Shown here: piece after piece, positions 29,183-39,570 of the stretch
Layout of the letters: each line of letters starts with the position of its first letter
How positions within the stretch are numbered: position 1 is the first letter of the stretch
DNA from: an uncultured delta proteobacterium
Lineage (GTDB): Bacteria > Desulfobacterota > Desulfobacteria > Desulfobacterales > B30-G6
DNA length: 64,000 nt
Reading direction: 5' to 3'
Assembly: GCA_963823335.1 (NCBI GenBank)
Contig: CAWGLD010000005.1
Span: 224,001 to 288,000 of the forward strand
Translations under genes and position numbers: made by a program
The notes under the pieces: generated by a model
The model's input: only the letters and a program-made list of their open reading frames with translations
Databases searched by the model: none
Told to the model about the DNA's origin: nothing

Positions 29183-30487
29183 ATGTCCATTCTGTTTGAA
29201 AAAACGCGCCTCAACAATCTGACGCTGAACAACCGTTTTATTCGGTCTGCCACATGGGCCGGCATGGCAGGCGAAGACGGTATCGTGACACCGAAACTCC
29301 TAAAGCTGATGGGCGATCTTGCCGACGGGGGCGTGGGTCTGATTATCACCGGTCATGCCTATGTGCACCCGAATGGAATCCATTCTGCCGGACAACTTGG
29401 CATCGACCGGGATCTGCTTATACCGGGATTGGAGCAGATGACACGTTTGGTGCATGAGAAAAGCGCAAGAATTTTCGCCCAGCTTGGATACGGGGGCTCC
29501 TATCTGTCCCAATCCAGGGTGGCCAATATGTCGACCATGGATATAGGGGCTGTCAGTGACGCCTTCGCTTTGGCAGCGGACAGGGCCAGACGTGCCGGGT
29601 TTGACGGGGTTCAGATTTTAGCGGCCCACGGGTTTTTGCTGAGCCAGTTTCTCTGCCCGAGATACAACCCGCGTCGGGACGGATACGGGGGATCACTTGA
29701 AAACCGTGCCAGAATGCTACTGGAAGTTCTGAATGCCATAAGGAAAACAGTCGGTTCCGAATTTCCGGTGCTCGTAAAATTAAATGCCAGCGACGGGGTC
29801 GAAAACGGCATGACCCTGCAGGAATCCCTAAAAGTTGCCGATAGGCTTCAGGAAGAGGGGGTCGATGGTATAGAACTCAGTGGAGGCTTGTTGAACGTCG
29901 CCAATCTTATGGAGGCTAGCGGCGGCGATGAAGAGAACAACGTTTACTTCGAAGACGCAGCCGGTATCTATAAAAAATCCATTCATGTCCCTCTAATACT
30001 GGTGGGTGGTATTCGATCTTTTGCAAAGGCTGAAAGTCTGGTTTCATCCGGCACGGCTGATTATATCGGCATGTGCAGGCCCCTGATTTGTGAGCCGGAT
30101 CTGGTTTCCCGCTGGAAATCTGGAAACACGGAAAAGGCGTCATGCATTTCGTGCAATAATTGTGTTCAGGAAGCCATAAGAGGATCGGGGATAGCATGTG
30201 CGCCACCACAGGAAAAAAAAGTGGAACAGACCTTTTTTCCCCATAAGGAGATCCGGCTGCCTGCCGGACTTCCTTTTCCGCCGGGTACAAGTTATATTGT
30301 ATCCATCGGTCTTGAGCAATGGGGCGCCACCTACCTGCCGGTGACCAAGATTCAGATGCTTGTTAATGGGAAGACTCTGGGACACGGGCTCTCCATCCCC
30401 CAAGACAGTCGAGACAGACAGAAAATATTCCGGGTGGTAGAAACGCTCATGTCCGGGGATGTTGAGAAGGAAAACACCAACAAATGA
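29183..30487 (+). CDS. NADH:flavin oxidoreductase (OYE family) with C-terminal extension
   Basis: NRFIRSATW, AGFDGVQILAAHGFLLSQFL, N.R.D.YGGSLENR, CISCNNC. Confidence 0.88.
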   Translation: MSILFEKTRLNNLTLNNRFIRSATWAGMAGEDGIVTPKLLKLMGDLADGGVGLIITGHAYVHPNGIHSAGQLGIDRDLLIPGLEQMTRLVHEKSARIFAQLGYGGSYLSQSRVANMSTMDIGAVSDAFALAADRARRAGFDGVQILAAHGFLLSQFLCPRYNPRRDGYGGSLENRARMLLEVLNAIRKTVGSEFPVLVKLNASDGVENGMTLQESLKVADRLQEEGVDGIELSGGLLNVANLMEASGGDEENNVYFEDAAGIYKKSIHVPLILVGGIRSFAKAESLVSSGTADYIGMCRPLICEPDLVSRWKSGNTEKASCISCNNCVQEAIRGSGIACAPPQEKKVEQTFFPHKEIRLPAGLPFPPGTSYIVSIGLEQWGATYLPVTKIQMLVNGKTLGHGLSIPQDSRDRQKIFRVVETLMSGDVEKENTNK

Positions 30488-31128
30488 TCAAAAATGTTTG
30501 GGTGCTGGGTGCGGGAAAATTTGGTCTTAAAGCGGTTGAGCGGGTCAAACAGATGCACCCGGAGGTGGATTTAACCGTTATTGATATAATAGAGCATCCC
30601 GGGTCGATGCTTTCAGCCCATGGCGTGGTGTATGTTCGCAGAGACGGGATCGAATTTCTCGATAAGAAGCTGTTAGAAACCGGAGGACCGGATTGGATTA
30701 TTCCGGCCATTCCGGTTCATGTAGCCTGTGAGTGGATAAAACGCAGGCTGTCCTCGATCCGTGCTGTTCAGAACATGAATCTGCCCGAACGGTTAGCAGA
30801 CCTGCTCCCCAACACCTTGCAGGGAACACACGGGGAATTGTACAGCAGCATGGCCGATTTTTTATGTCCGGACGACTGTATCGAACCCTATGGCATTTGT
30901 ACAATTACAAATGAGAAAAGGGCTTATCGGCTATACGATTTGCTGTCATCGATTCAGCTCGAGCCCTACAAAACAGTGGTTGTCAAAAGTCGGCAGATAT
31001 GTGCCGGTGTCGGGGGGTATCGGCCGGCTGACTTAATCGGCACCCTGGAAGATATCCGGCGGTATGACGCACCCATATTGTTGAGCACATCCTGTAAATG
31101 CCATGCGGTAGTAAGTGCTTTTCAGTAG
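30484..31128 (+). CDS. Hypothetical Rossmann-fold, Cys-rich protein
   Basis: VLGAGKFG; CPDDCIEP..C; STSCKCH. Confidence 0.65.
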   Translation: MIKNVWVLGAGKFGLKAVERVKQMHPEVDLTVIDIIEHPGSMLSAHGVVYVRRDGIEFLDKKLLETGGPDWIIPAIPVHVACEWIKRRLSSIRAVQNMNLPERLADLLPNTLQGTHGELYSSMADFLCPDDCIEPYGICTITNEKRAYRLYDLLSSIQLEPYKTVVVKSRQICAGVGGYRPADLIGTLEDIRRYDAPILLSTSCKCHAVVSAFQ

Positions 31129-31261
31129 ACCCCATAGTTGCATAAACAACATGGCAAAGTATAGATAATAAGCTGTTATTATATACAATACCGTTGCGAT
31201 AGCGCCATTCTTTTGCAACACTGGGGTAGATTGTCCGGTCCAGGACATCTGACCTGGATAT

Positions 31262-31777
31262 CTATTTTTCGATACCCTTCCTTGCCGGAACACCTTTCTG
31301 GTAATAGTGCTTTATCTCTATCATCTCGGTAACAAGATCGGCTGCCTCCATGACGACAGGTGCCGCCCCCCTTCCCGTGATCACCAGCTCAATTTCATTG
31401 GGTTTGGCGGCAATAAGATCGAGAAGACGCTGGACGTCGAAAAGCCCGCAGGCGGTTGCCACGTTGCCCTCCTCGATGATGATTAGGTCGTATTTGCGGG
31501 AGAGAAGGACACGTTCTATACGCTCTAGACCGGCCTGCGCAGCATCGACCTCATCCTGGGGTGGTTTGTCCTTGATAAAATGACCAAGACCATACTGTTC
31601 GACACTAATGAGATCGGAAAATTTGGCAAGCGTTTTTATCTCGCTGTAATCACCCTTTTTCAGAAACTGGGCGATGAATACTTTCAGGTCAGCCCCGGCG
31701 GCGCGTATGGCTAAACCTATCGCTGCTGTGGTTTTCCCTTTACCGTTTCCCGTGTATATCTGTACAAATCCCTTCAT
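31262..31777 (-). CDS. cobO: Cob(I)alamin adenosyltransferase CobO/BtuR, second copy
   Basis: TGNGKGKTTAAIG, QFLK, ITGR, KHYYQKG; ATGA overlap with upstream gene. Confidence 0.9.
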   Translation of the reverse strand: MKGFVQIYTGNGKGKTTAAIGLAIRAAGADLKVFIAQFLKKGDYSEIKTLAKFSDLISVEQYGLGHFIKDKPPQDEVDAAQAGLERIERVLLSRKYDLIIIEEGNVATACGLFDVQRLLDLIAAKPNEIELVITGRGAAPVVMEAADLVTEMIEIKHYYQKGVPARKGIEK

Positions 31778-33000
31778 GGCTGTATCTTTCTTATCAGATC
31801 GTTTGGGATACATTTGTTTTCGAGTTCAATGATGACCGAGCTGCCAGGCTGGGCAAATGGGACCGGTTGATTATTTAGATCCTTTATCTCAATGATCTTG
31901 TCAATTGTATTGGGGCCCTTTTTCGTGATTATTTCAATTTTATCATGGCTATAAATTTTGTTCCTGACGTCTACCCGGGCATGTCGAGCATCGATTTCCT
32001 CTTTCACTTTTGCGACGAAGCGAAATCCGCTGCTGCCGGTTTCCGAATAGTTGGGAGTGATATGGTCCGCATTGCCCAAATAGAACCCGGTGCCGTATCC
32101 TCTGTTACTGAGTTTAGCCAGCTCTTCGACCCACCATTTTTTCACTGTGTAGGCCTGTGGATCGTCCATGTAGCTGTCGACTGCTTCCCGGTAAACCTTC
32201 ACGGTCGATGCCAGGTAGTTGATTCCTTTCATGCGGCCTTCAATTTTCAGGGAAATTATCCCCGAATCGATCATGTCCGGTATATGCTCAATCATGCAAA
32301 GGTCACGAGAATTGAAGATATAGGACCCTCTCTTATCCTCGGCGATAGGGTAGTACTGCCCCGGTCGCTTTTCTTCACAAACCGTATAACTGAAGCGGCA
32401 GGGTTGACAGCACATGCCACGGTTGCCGTCCCTGTTTTCCATGAAGTTGCTCAAAAGGCATCTTCCGGAATAGGAGATGCACATGGCGCCGTGTACAAAG
32501 GCCTCAATCTCAAGAGTGGTGTGCTCAGCAATTGCTTCTATTTCCGGCAGGCTCAGCTCTCTCGCCACGTTGACTCTTTTGACGCCCTGAGATTCCCAGA
32601 ACCGGGCGGCATTGTAGTTGGTCGTGTTGGTCTGGGTACTGAGGTGTATAGGTGTCTGTGGCATTCGTTCCCTGGACATGGCAAGGATGCCGGGGTCTGA
32701 AATAATGATGGCGTCCGGATCCATGCTCCCCAGGGAGGTCAGGAAATCGGCGATGGCCACCTGTTCGTGGTTGCGCGGGAAAATGTTGCAGGCCACATAC
32801 ACCTTTACCCCTTTTTCATGGGCAAAGGCGATGGCCTGTTGCATTTCGTCCAGTGTGAAATTGCCGGAAAAATTTCGCAGGCTGAAATCTTTGCCGGACA
32901 AATACACGGCATCCGCGCCGAAGTGGACGGCGATCTCGAGTTTTTCAAAATTTCCAGCGGGAGCCAGAAGTTCCGGTTTTGATGGTGCCTGGTATTCCAT
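31774..33000 (-). CDS. U32-peptidase family protein (TrhP-like tRNA hydroxylation)
   Basis: PELLAPAG, HLSTQ, HGAMCISYSGRC, CCQPCR, SLKIEGR. Confidence 0.9.
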   Translation of the reverse strand: MEYQAPSKPELLAPAGNFEKLEIAVHFGADAVYLSGKDFSLRNFSGNFTLDEMQQAIAFAHEKGVKVYVACNIFPRNHEQVAIADFLTSLGSMDPDAIIISDPGILAMSRERMPQTPIHLSTQTNTTNYNAARFWESQGVKRVNVARELSLPEIEAIAEHTTLEIEAFVHGAMCISYSGRCLLSNFMENRDGNRGMCCQPCRFSYTVCEEKRPGQYYPIAEDKRGSYIFNSRDLCMIEHIPDMIDSGIISLKIEGRMKGINYLASTVKVYREAVDSYMDDPQAYTVKKWWVEELAKLSNRGYGTGFYLGNADHITPNYSETGSSGFRFVAKVKEEIDARHARVDVRNKIYSHDKIEIITKKGPNTIDKIIEIKDLNNQPVPFAQPGSSVIIELENKCIPNDLIRKIQP

Positions 33001-33261
33001 TGGATTACTTTAAGGGGCATACGGCAAATATTCAAGTCTATAATTGGATGATCGCCCACTGCTTTCAGCGCGGGGTATCATCCAATTAGCGTGAAACGGA
33101 ATTATTCGCGTTTGCATATTGCCATTATTTATACTAATACCTGATCCAAGCCGGTCGGGAATCGTTACTTTTTGCGCAAGATGATATGCCAGGCGGGGCT
33201 ATAAGGCTGGAATGCTACAGACAACGCATGGCCCTAGGCTATAAGCAGTAAATAAGTATAG

Positions 33262-34176
33262 GTGGAACAGATGAATTTACGCTCCCTATTGATCTTTTCT
33301 CTGATAATCCTGGGATCGATATTTTCCTCCCCGGCCTGTGCTCAAAAGGTCAATGTTACGGACCTGCTGGGGCGACGCATGGCCATACCCAAAGATCCCG
33401 TGCGGGTGGTGTCCCTGGCGCCGAACATCACGGAGATCGTCTATGCACTGGGGCAGGCGCATCGCCTGGTGGGCGTCACGACCTACAGCGATTACCCGGC
33501 AGAGGCCGCCTCACTTCCCAAAGTCGGTTCTTATGTCCATCTCGATCTGGAGCGCATCGTATCCCTGGCGCCGGATTTATGCCTGGCCATCAAGGATGGC
33601 AACCCCATAGCGGCTGCATCGCGCCTGGAATCTTTAGGTATACCGGTATATGCTGCCGACCCGCGGGATCTTGAGAGTGTCATGGATACCATGTCCAGAA
33701 TCGGCAAACTTTTACAGGCCGATAAACAGGCAGAACAACTCGTGCAAGGCATGCAGCGTCGGATCCAGGCAGTGGAAGACCTGGTGGCCAAAACCGACCA
33801 CCGGCCGGGTCTGTTTTTTCAAATTGGTGTATCACCCATCGTATCCGTGGGAACCAACACATTTATCCATGAATTGATCATTCGGGCCGGTGCCAGGAAT
33901 CTTGCGGAGGGAGATGTTTCGTATCCAAGATTCAGCAAGGAGCAGGTATTGGGGATGATGCCGGATATCATCATTACGTCTTCCATGGCCCGCGCAGACG
34001 TTTTTGAGAAAATTAGAGCAGATTGGTACCAATGGAAGAATCTGCCGGCGGTAAAAAATGATCGAATTTATTTTCAGGACTCGAACCTTTTCAATCGGCC
34101 CTCACCCAGACTTGTGGATGCTCTGGAAATCCTGGTGCGGTTGGTCCATCCTGAAATGTTCAAGGAAGGTCCATGA
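33262..34176 (+). CDS. btuF: Cobalamin ABC transporter binding protein
   Basis: Signal peptide; RVVSLAPNITE, SDYP, RPSPRL. Confidence 0.85.
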   Translation: MEQMNLRSLLIFSLIILGSIFSSPACAQKVNVTDLLGRRMAIPKDPVRVVSLAPNITEIVYALGQAHRLVGVTTYSDYPAEAASLPKVGSYVHLDLERIVSLAPDLCLAIKDGNPIAAASRLESLGIPVYAADPRDLESVMDTMSRIGKLLQADKQAEQLVQGMQRRIQAVEDLVAKTDHRPGLFFQIGVSPIVSVGTNTFIHELIIRAGARNLAEGDVSYPRFSKEQVLGMMPDIIITSSMARADVFEKIRADWYQWKNLPAVKNDRIYFQDSNLFNRPSPRLVDALEILVRLVHPEMFKEGP

Positions 34177-35183
34177 ATAGAGACCATTCTTATATTATAA
34201 AACGTTTATCAACGGTTTCCGGGCTGTTGCTGATCGTTCTGGTGGCTGTGATGCTGGTGGGTATTTCCATCGGGTCTTCCGGGAGCGGGGTCACATCTCT
34301 ATGGCACATCGTCACGGATCAGGATCAAGCAGATCCTATGCTCTTCACCATTATATGGAAGCTCCGTTTGCCAAGGGTATTGCTGGCTGCACTGGTGGGG
34401 GCGGCGCTTTCTCTTGGTGGCCTGGTATTTCAGGCGATTTTGAGAAACCCCCTGGCAGAGCCCTATATTCTAGGAATATCCGGGGGGTCGGCCATCGGTG
34501 CCATTATAGGGATATTGCTGGGACTTTCCCAGTTTCCGGGAATCACCCTGACATCATTTGCCGGCAGTCTTGCTACGCTGCTGCTGATTATTGGTATTTC
34601 CGCGGGGCAGTCGATTCTGCAAAAAAACGCCCTGCTTCTGTCCGGTGTGATGGTGAATGCCTTTTGTTCGGCCGTGATCATGTTTCTGGTCTCCATGACC
34701 CATGACACACGTCTTCACAATATCATCTTCTGGTTAATGGGGGATCTGTCACTGGGGAACCTGCAGCATACCGGAATTCTGGCCTTGGCTTTGATCCCCT
34801 GCTTCGCGATTATTTTCTGGTTTTCAAACACCATGAATCTCATGCTGATGGGAAAGGAGATGGCCCTGAGCATGGGGGTGAATATCAAGCGTGCCACGGT
34901 CATTCTGCTGGTAACGACGTCGTTGATGGTGAGCGCCTGTGTCAGCCAGTGCGGGCTCATCGGATTTGTAGGGCTTGTCATTCCCCACCTTTTTCGCCTG
35001 ATGCTGGGGTCTGATCATCGGATTCTGTTACCTGCCTGTATTCTGGGAGGGGGGGCCTACATGGTTGTCTGTGATCTACTGGCAAGAGCCCTTCCCCAGC
35101 ACGGGGAAATGCCGGCAGGGGTGATAACCGCATTGATCGGCGCACCGTTGTTTATCTATCTTCTCAAACGGAGCGGACGATGA
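34173..35183 (+). CDS. btuC: FecCD/BtuC-type ABC permease
   Basis: LRLPR, RNPLAEPYILGISGG, IGFVGLVIPH. Confidence 0.87.
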   Translation: MNRDHSYIIKRLSTVSGLLLIVLVAVMLVGISIGSSGSGVTSLWHIVTDQDQADPMLFTIIWKLRLPRVLLAALVGAALSLGGLVFQAILRNPLAEPYILGISGGSAIGAIIGILLGLSQFPGITLTSFAGSLATLLLIIGISAGQSILQKNALLLSGVMVNAFCSAVIMFLVSMTHDTRLHNIIFWLMGDLSLGNLQHTGILALALIPCFAIIFWFSNTMNLMLMGKEMALSMGVNIKRATVILLVTTSLMVSACVSQCGLIGFVGLVIPHLFRLMLGSDHRILLPACILGGGAYMVVCDLLARALPQHGEMPAGVITALIGAPLFIYLLKRSGR

Positions 35184-35977
35184 AACACGCCATCGCCCTG
35201 GAAAAGATCCAGTATTCCTATGCCAGGACACCGGTATTGCGGGATATTACATTTTCGGTGACCCCGGGTGATTTTTTCATTATCATAGGACCCAATGGAT
35301 CCGGAAAAACAACCCTGATGAAACTGATTGCAGGCATCGTCCCGCCGGACAGCGGCTTGTTGAATATTCTTGAGCGCCCGATTCATTCCTACAGCCGAAA
35401 GATCCTGGCAAGACAGATCGCATTTGTGCCCCAGTCGGTTCCCATTGACTTCCCCTTTACCGTAAAAGAAGTTGTATTGATGGGGCGATCTCCCTACCAG
35501 GGGATGCTGGGTCTGGAAAACAAAGAAGATATGGAAAAGACCCAGCAGGCCATCACTTTTACGGGCATGACGCATCTGGCTGATCGAAACATGAATCAGT
35601 TGAGCGGTGGTGAATGTCAGCGGGCCTTTATCGCCAGGGCCATTTGTCAGGAGCCGAGTGTGCTTCTTCTGGACGAGCCAACGGCATCTCTCGATCTCTC
35701 TCATCAGATACGCATCATGGACCTGATGGAAAAATTAAAAGCGGAAAAACAGATCACAATTGTCATGGTGTCGCATGATGTGAATCTGGCTGCCATGTAT
35801 GGTAACCGTTTGCTGTTGCTTGACAAAGGTCGTATCGCCGAAATCGGCCCGCCCCGGGAGGTTCTGACATACCAGAATCTTGAGAAATCCTATGGTTGTA
35901 CGCTTCTGGTGGATAAAAACCCCCTGGGGGATGTTCCCAGGGTGACCCTTGTTCCAGGGAAATTTGTGCCCAAATAA
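35180..35977 (+). CDS. btuD: BtuD/FecE-type ABC ATPase
   Basis: GPNGSGKT, LSGGE, LLLDEP, SHD. Confidence 0.87.
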   Translation: MKHAIALEKIQYSYARTPVLRDITFSVTPGDFFIIIGPNGSGKTTLMKLIAGIVPPDSGLLNILERPIHSYSRKILARQIAFVPQSVPIDFPFTVKEVVLMGRSPYQGMLGLENKEDMEKTQQAITFTGMTHLADRNMNQLSGGECQRAFIARAICQEPSVLLLDEPTASLDLSHQIRIMDLMEKLKAEKQITIVMVSHDVNLAAMYGNRLLLLDKGRIAEIGPPREVLTYQNLEKSYGCTLLVDKNPLGDVPRVTLVPGKFVPK

Positions 35978-36089
35978 TAATATCGCGGGGCGATATTATC
36001 TGACGCACCTGCGGTGCTTTTTTTGGTTTATAGGTTCGAAAAAATAAAATAGCTTGACGAACCTTCCAATATTCATTATCAGCTTTATA

Positions 36090-36296
36090 AGGTTCAGGTG
36101 CGAATCGATTCAAAAATAACAATGATATTTTTGAATGCTTAACAGGGAACTCCGTTAAATTCGGAGACGGACCCGCCGCTGTAACCCCTCCCTGATCACA
36201 GGGAACCCTTTCAGCCTCTGCGAGCCACTGTTCTGCTATAATAAGGATGGGAAGGCCGCTGAAAGGGTGGGGGAGTCAGAAGACCTGCCTGAATCT
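36090..36296 (+). ncRNA. Cobalamin riboswitch
   Basis: AGGUG..AACAGGGAA.UCCG..AAUUCGG..CCCGCCGCUGUAA..GCCACUG..GGGAAGG..B12 box AGUCAGAAGACCUGCCU; upstream of btuB operon. Confidence 0.95.
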
Positions 36297-36355
36297 TGGA
36301 TGGCGTCCCCGTGGCCAGGGACCCATTGACAGATCAGTGGATAAAAAAGGGCAAT

Positions 36356-36388
36356 CCCGGATCGATGCAATCGGTCCGGGTTTTTTTA
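36356..36388 (+). terminator. Riboswitch expression-platform terminator
   Basis: CCCGGATCGAT-GCA-ATCGGTCCGGG followed by a 7-T run. Confidence 0.85.
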
Positions 36389-36463
36389 TGCCGGACCCGT
36401 TCTGATGTCGATGTTCTGTGGGAACATCATTCTTGAAACGAAACAAAAATTAGAAACGGGGAA

Positions 36464-37252
36464 ATGAACATGAAAAAAATGATGTGGGTTATTGTGGGTC
36501 TGCTTTTCCTGTCGATTCCATCGGCAGATGCTGAAATCGTAACATTCGACGATTTAAATCTCGGTCCGGACTCTTTTTACAATGGTTCTGACGGAGCTGG
36601 TGAATTCGAGAGCAATGGCGTTGTCTTCAATATATTTTACGATGACGAATTTGGCCCCTATTGGGAAGGCGTTGCCTACTCCAACACCACCGATACGACC
36701 ACACCGGACTTTACAAATCAATACAGTGCCATTACCGGAACAGGCGCCGATAACTCCAGCATCTATGGTGTCGCCTATTTGGGATTCTACGGTATCATAC
36801 CTACCATCACTTTTGCAGATGAAGTCAATCTTGCCAAGGCCTATATCACCAACACCACCTACGCATTCTTGGCTATGCAGGATGGAAATGCGCCTGCCAA
36901 AAAATTTGGCGGAGACGACGGAGATGATCCGGACTGGTTTTTATTGACCATTACCGGAAAAGATGTGGATGAAAACGTTACAGGTGTTATCGAATTCTAC
37001 CTGGCGGATTTTCGTTTTGCTGACAATTTACAGGATTATATTATTGATGATTGGACTGCCGTAGACCTTGGCAGTCTAGGCATGGTCAAGACGGTCGAAT
37101 TTTCTGTTTCTTCATCGGACGTGGGTGATTTTGGCATCAACACACCCACATATTTTGCCATCGACAGCATCGTCATCGATGATGATGATGGCGGCAATGG
37201 CGGCAATGGCGGCAATAATTCCACCTGCTTTATACGCTCTTTGGGTATGTAG
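36464..37252 (+). CDS. DUF4465 (BtuJ-like) secreted B12-binding protein with C-terminal CFI tag
   Basis: Signal peptide; WEGVAYSN, NQYSAI, TNTTY, SSD..GINTPTYFAID; tail DDDDGGNGGNGGNNSTCFIRSLGM*. Confidence 0.8.
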   Translation: MNMKKMMWVIVGLLFLSIPSADAEIVTFDDLNLGPDSFYNGSDGAGEFESNGVVFNIFYDDEFGPYWEGVAYSNTTDTTTPDFTNQYSAITGTGADNSSIYGVAYLGFYGIIPTITFADEVNLAKAYITNTTYAFLAMQDGNAPAKKFGGDDGDDPDWFLLTITGKDVDENVTGVIEFYLADFRFADNLQDYIIDDWTAVDLGSLGMVKTVEFSVSSSDVGDFGINTPTYFAIDSIVIDDDDGGNGGNGGNNSTCFIRSLGM

Positions 37253-37337
37253 TAAAGCCATAAGTCATAAGCGCTAAGCTGCTCACAGCTTACACCTTAT
37301 AGCTTAAAGCTTACCGCTTTTAGCTGCAAGAACAACC

Positions 37338-39377
37338 ATGATACGACATCGAAAAATAAATAGCTTTCCCGGCGTGATCTTCTTGGGTCTTCTTCTCCTT
37401 TTATTGCATATGGGCAACATCCCCTCGTTACAGGCCCAAGAGACGCCGGAGGAGCGTACGGTTTCTGAAACAGGGCAAAACCCGCCGCGTTTCGAGCTGG
37501 ACGAAATTGTGGTGACCGCCAGTGCTATGCAAGAACCCCTCAATACCGTTCCCAGAAACATAACCGTGGTTACCCGCGAGGACATCGAACAGGCTCCCAG
37601 CAAGAACATTGTGGACCTGTTGAACCGTGAGGCCGGTATCAATATGCGCAGTCTTTTCGGCAGTGACAAACAGGCGGTTATCGACATGCGTGGTATGGGG
37701 GCCACCGCGGCCAGCGATGTCATTGTCATGGTGGACGGCATCCGTATGAACTCATCGGACATGTCCGGGGTCGATTTTTCCAGCATTCCACTGGAGATGA
37801 TCGAGCGCATCGAAATTGTCCGGGGAGCCGGGTCAGTTATCTACGGCAGCGGAGCGGTGGGTGGTGTGATCAACATCGTGACCCGTAAAGGTACCCCTCA
37901 TAAGGAAACGAGGCTCTATGCCGCCTATGGCAGTTACGACACCAGAGATACACGGGCCGGTATGAGTGGCAGTGTTCAAGATCTGGGATATCATCTTAGT
38001 GCCGGGTACTATGATTCCGAAGGTTACCGGGATAACGGTGATCTGACCAAAAAGGATCTGGGGGGTGTCTTTGACTATTTTCTCACGGATATGATCACCT
38101 TGAACCTGTCCGGGGCCTACCACAAAGATGACTATGGACTGCCGGGTCCCGTGGGAAAACAGGATGTCGACTCCGGCAAAGACCGCATCAAGACCGATTT
38201 TCCCAAAGACGACGGGGAAACCATTGATAAACGAATCTCCGGTGGGTTTGATATCGATACAGATCACTGGGGATCCCTGAAGCTGGATGGGGGTTTTCGC
38301 TGGCGGAACAATCAATATATCGTGGGATACAGCCCCCTGTTATCGAAATCCGACCAGACAGACGAAATCGAAGAAAAATCAAATACCATGACACTGATCT
38401 ATGAAAAAGGCTATTCTCTTTTTGAACGGGCACATACATTTCAGCTCGGTATGGATCACTTTTTCACCGATTATGTACGCGAAGAGAATCCCGGGGGGCC
38501 ACGACAGAACAGCCAGATGACCTCGTTGGGTATTTTTACCAATAACCACTGGGCTTTATCCGAAAAGGCAGAATTTCAGTGGGGCTACAGGGTGAACCAG
38601 GTGGACGTAAAATTCCGCACAGATGAACAGGTTTCGTTTGGGGGGGTTCAGCGCTGGGTAAATGGTGATACCGATCACCCCGATTGGCGGAACACAGCCT
38701 ATGATGTGGGCTTGACTTACCGTTTGTTATCCGGGTTGACCATGTACACGAACTATGCCGCCCATTTCAGGGTTCCCAATGTTGATGAGCTTGCCGAGGC
38801 CGAACCGGGTCTGAAACCTCAGGAGGGAACCCAGGTGGAAGCGGGAGGACGTATGCAATTCGGCGATAACATGGAAGCTGCCATGACCCTCTTCACTATC
38901 ACCATCGAGGATGAAATATATTTCAGCGAAATCAACCGCAATTATGACCACAAGACAGTTCGAAACGGCATTGAAACAGATCTAAAATGGTACCCCAAAC
39001 CATTTTTGTTCATTTGGGGCAACTATTCTTATACCGAAGCAAGATTTAAAGGGGACGATGCGACGGTGCCGCTGGTTCCCCGCCACAAGGGATCTTTGGG
39101 CGTCGAGTGGGAGGCTGTACATGGTTTGACCCTCTCTGCAACCGGTACGTATGTCGGCTCGAGATATGATGGCAACGATGTGGACAACGACCGTTATGAG
39201 AAACTGGATGCCTACCAGGTCTTTGACACCAAAGCGACCTATGGGAAAAAAAGTCTCACGGTTTTTGTCGGTGTCAACAACCTTCTGGATGAACGATACG
39301 AAACGTCTTCATTCAGCGAAAGCTATTACCCCATGCCCGGCCGGAATTATTATGCCGGGGCGGAGATGAAGTTTTAA
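37338..39377 (+). CDS. btuB: TonB-dependent cobalamin receptor
   Basis: TonB box DEIVVTA, IERIEIVRG..YG..AVGGVINI plug, C-terminal Phe; riboswitch-controlled. Confidence 0.88.
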   Translation: MIRHRKINSFPGVIFLGLLLLLLHMGNIPSLQAQETPEERTVSETGQNPPRFELDEIVVTASAMQEPLNTVPRNITVVTREDIEQAPSKNIVDLLNREAGINMRSLFGSDKQAVIDMRGMGATAASDVIVMVDGIRMNSSDMSGVDFSSIPLEMIERIEIVRGAGSVIYGSGAVGGVINIVTRKGTPHKETRLYAAYGSYDTRDTRAGMSGSVQDLGYHLSAGYYDSEGYRDNGDLTKKDLGGVFDYFLTDMITLNLSGAYHKDDYGLPGPVGKQDVDSGKDRIKTDFPKDDGETIDKRISGGFDIDTDHWGSLKLDGGFRWRNNQYIVGYSPLLSKSDQTDEIEEKSNTMTLIYEKGYSLFERAHTFQLGMDHFFTDYVREENPGGPRQNSQMTSLGIFTNNHWALSEKAEFQWGYRVNQVDVKFRTDEQVSFGGVQRWVNGDTDHPDWRNTAYDVGLTYRLLSGLTMYTNYAAHFRVPNVDELAEAEPGLKPQEGTQVEAGGRMQFGDNMEAAMTLFTITIEDEIYFSEINRNYDHKTVRNGIETDLKWYPKPFLFIWGNYSYTEARFKGDDATVPLVPRHKGSLGVEWEAVHGLTLSATGTYVGSRYDGNDVDNDRYEKLDAYQVFDTKATYGKKSLTVFVGVNNLLDERYETSSFSESYYPMPGRNYYAGAEMKF

Positions 39378-39570
39378 GGGCAGGGTATGGATCTGAGGGT
39401 TGGAGGGGTAAAAGGGCAGGGTTGGAGGTTTGGAGGGTGCAGGGCTAAGAGAGCAGGAAAAGGAATTGTCTAGTTTTATTCTATCATATAAAACCTGATC
39501 CTTTGGGCCCGGGTTTCTACTGTTTAAAAAATCATATAATACTATAAGTTATATCGAGTAACTTAAAGTT

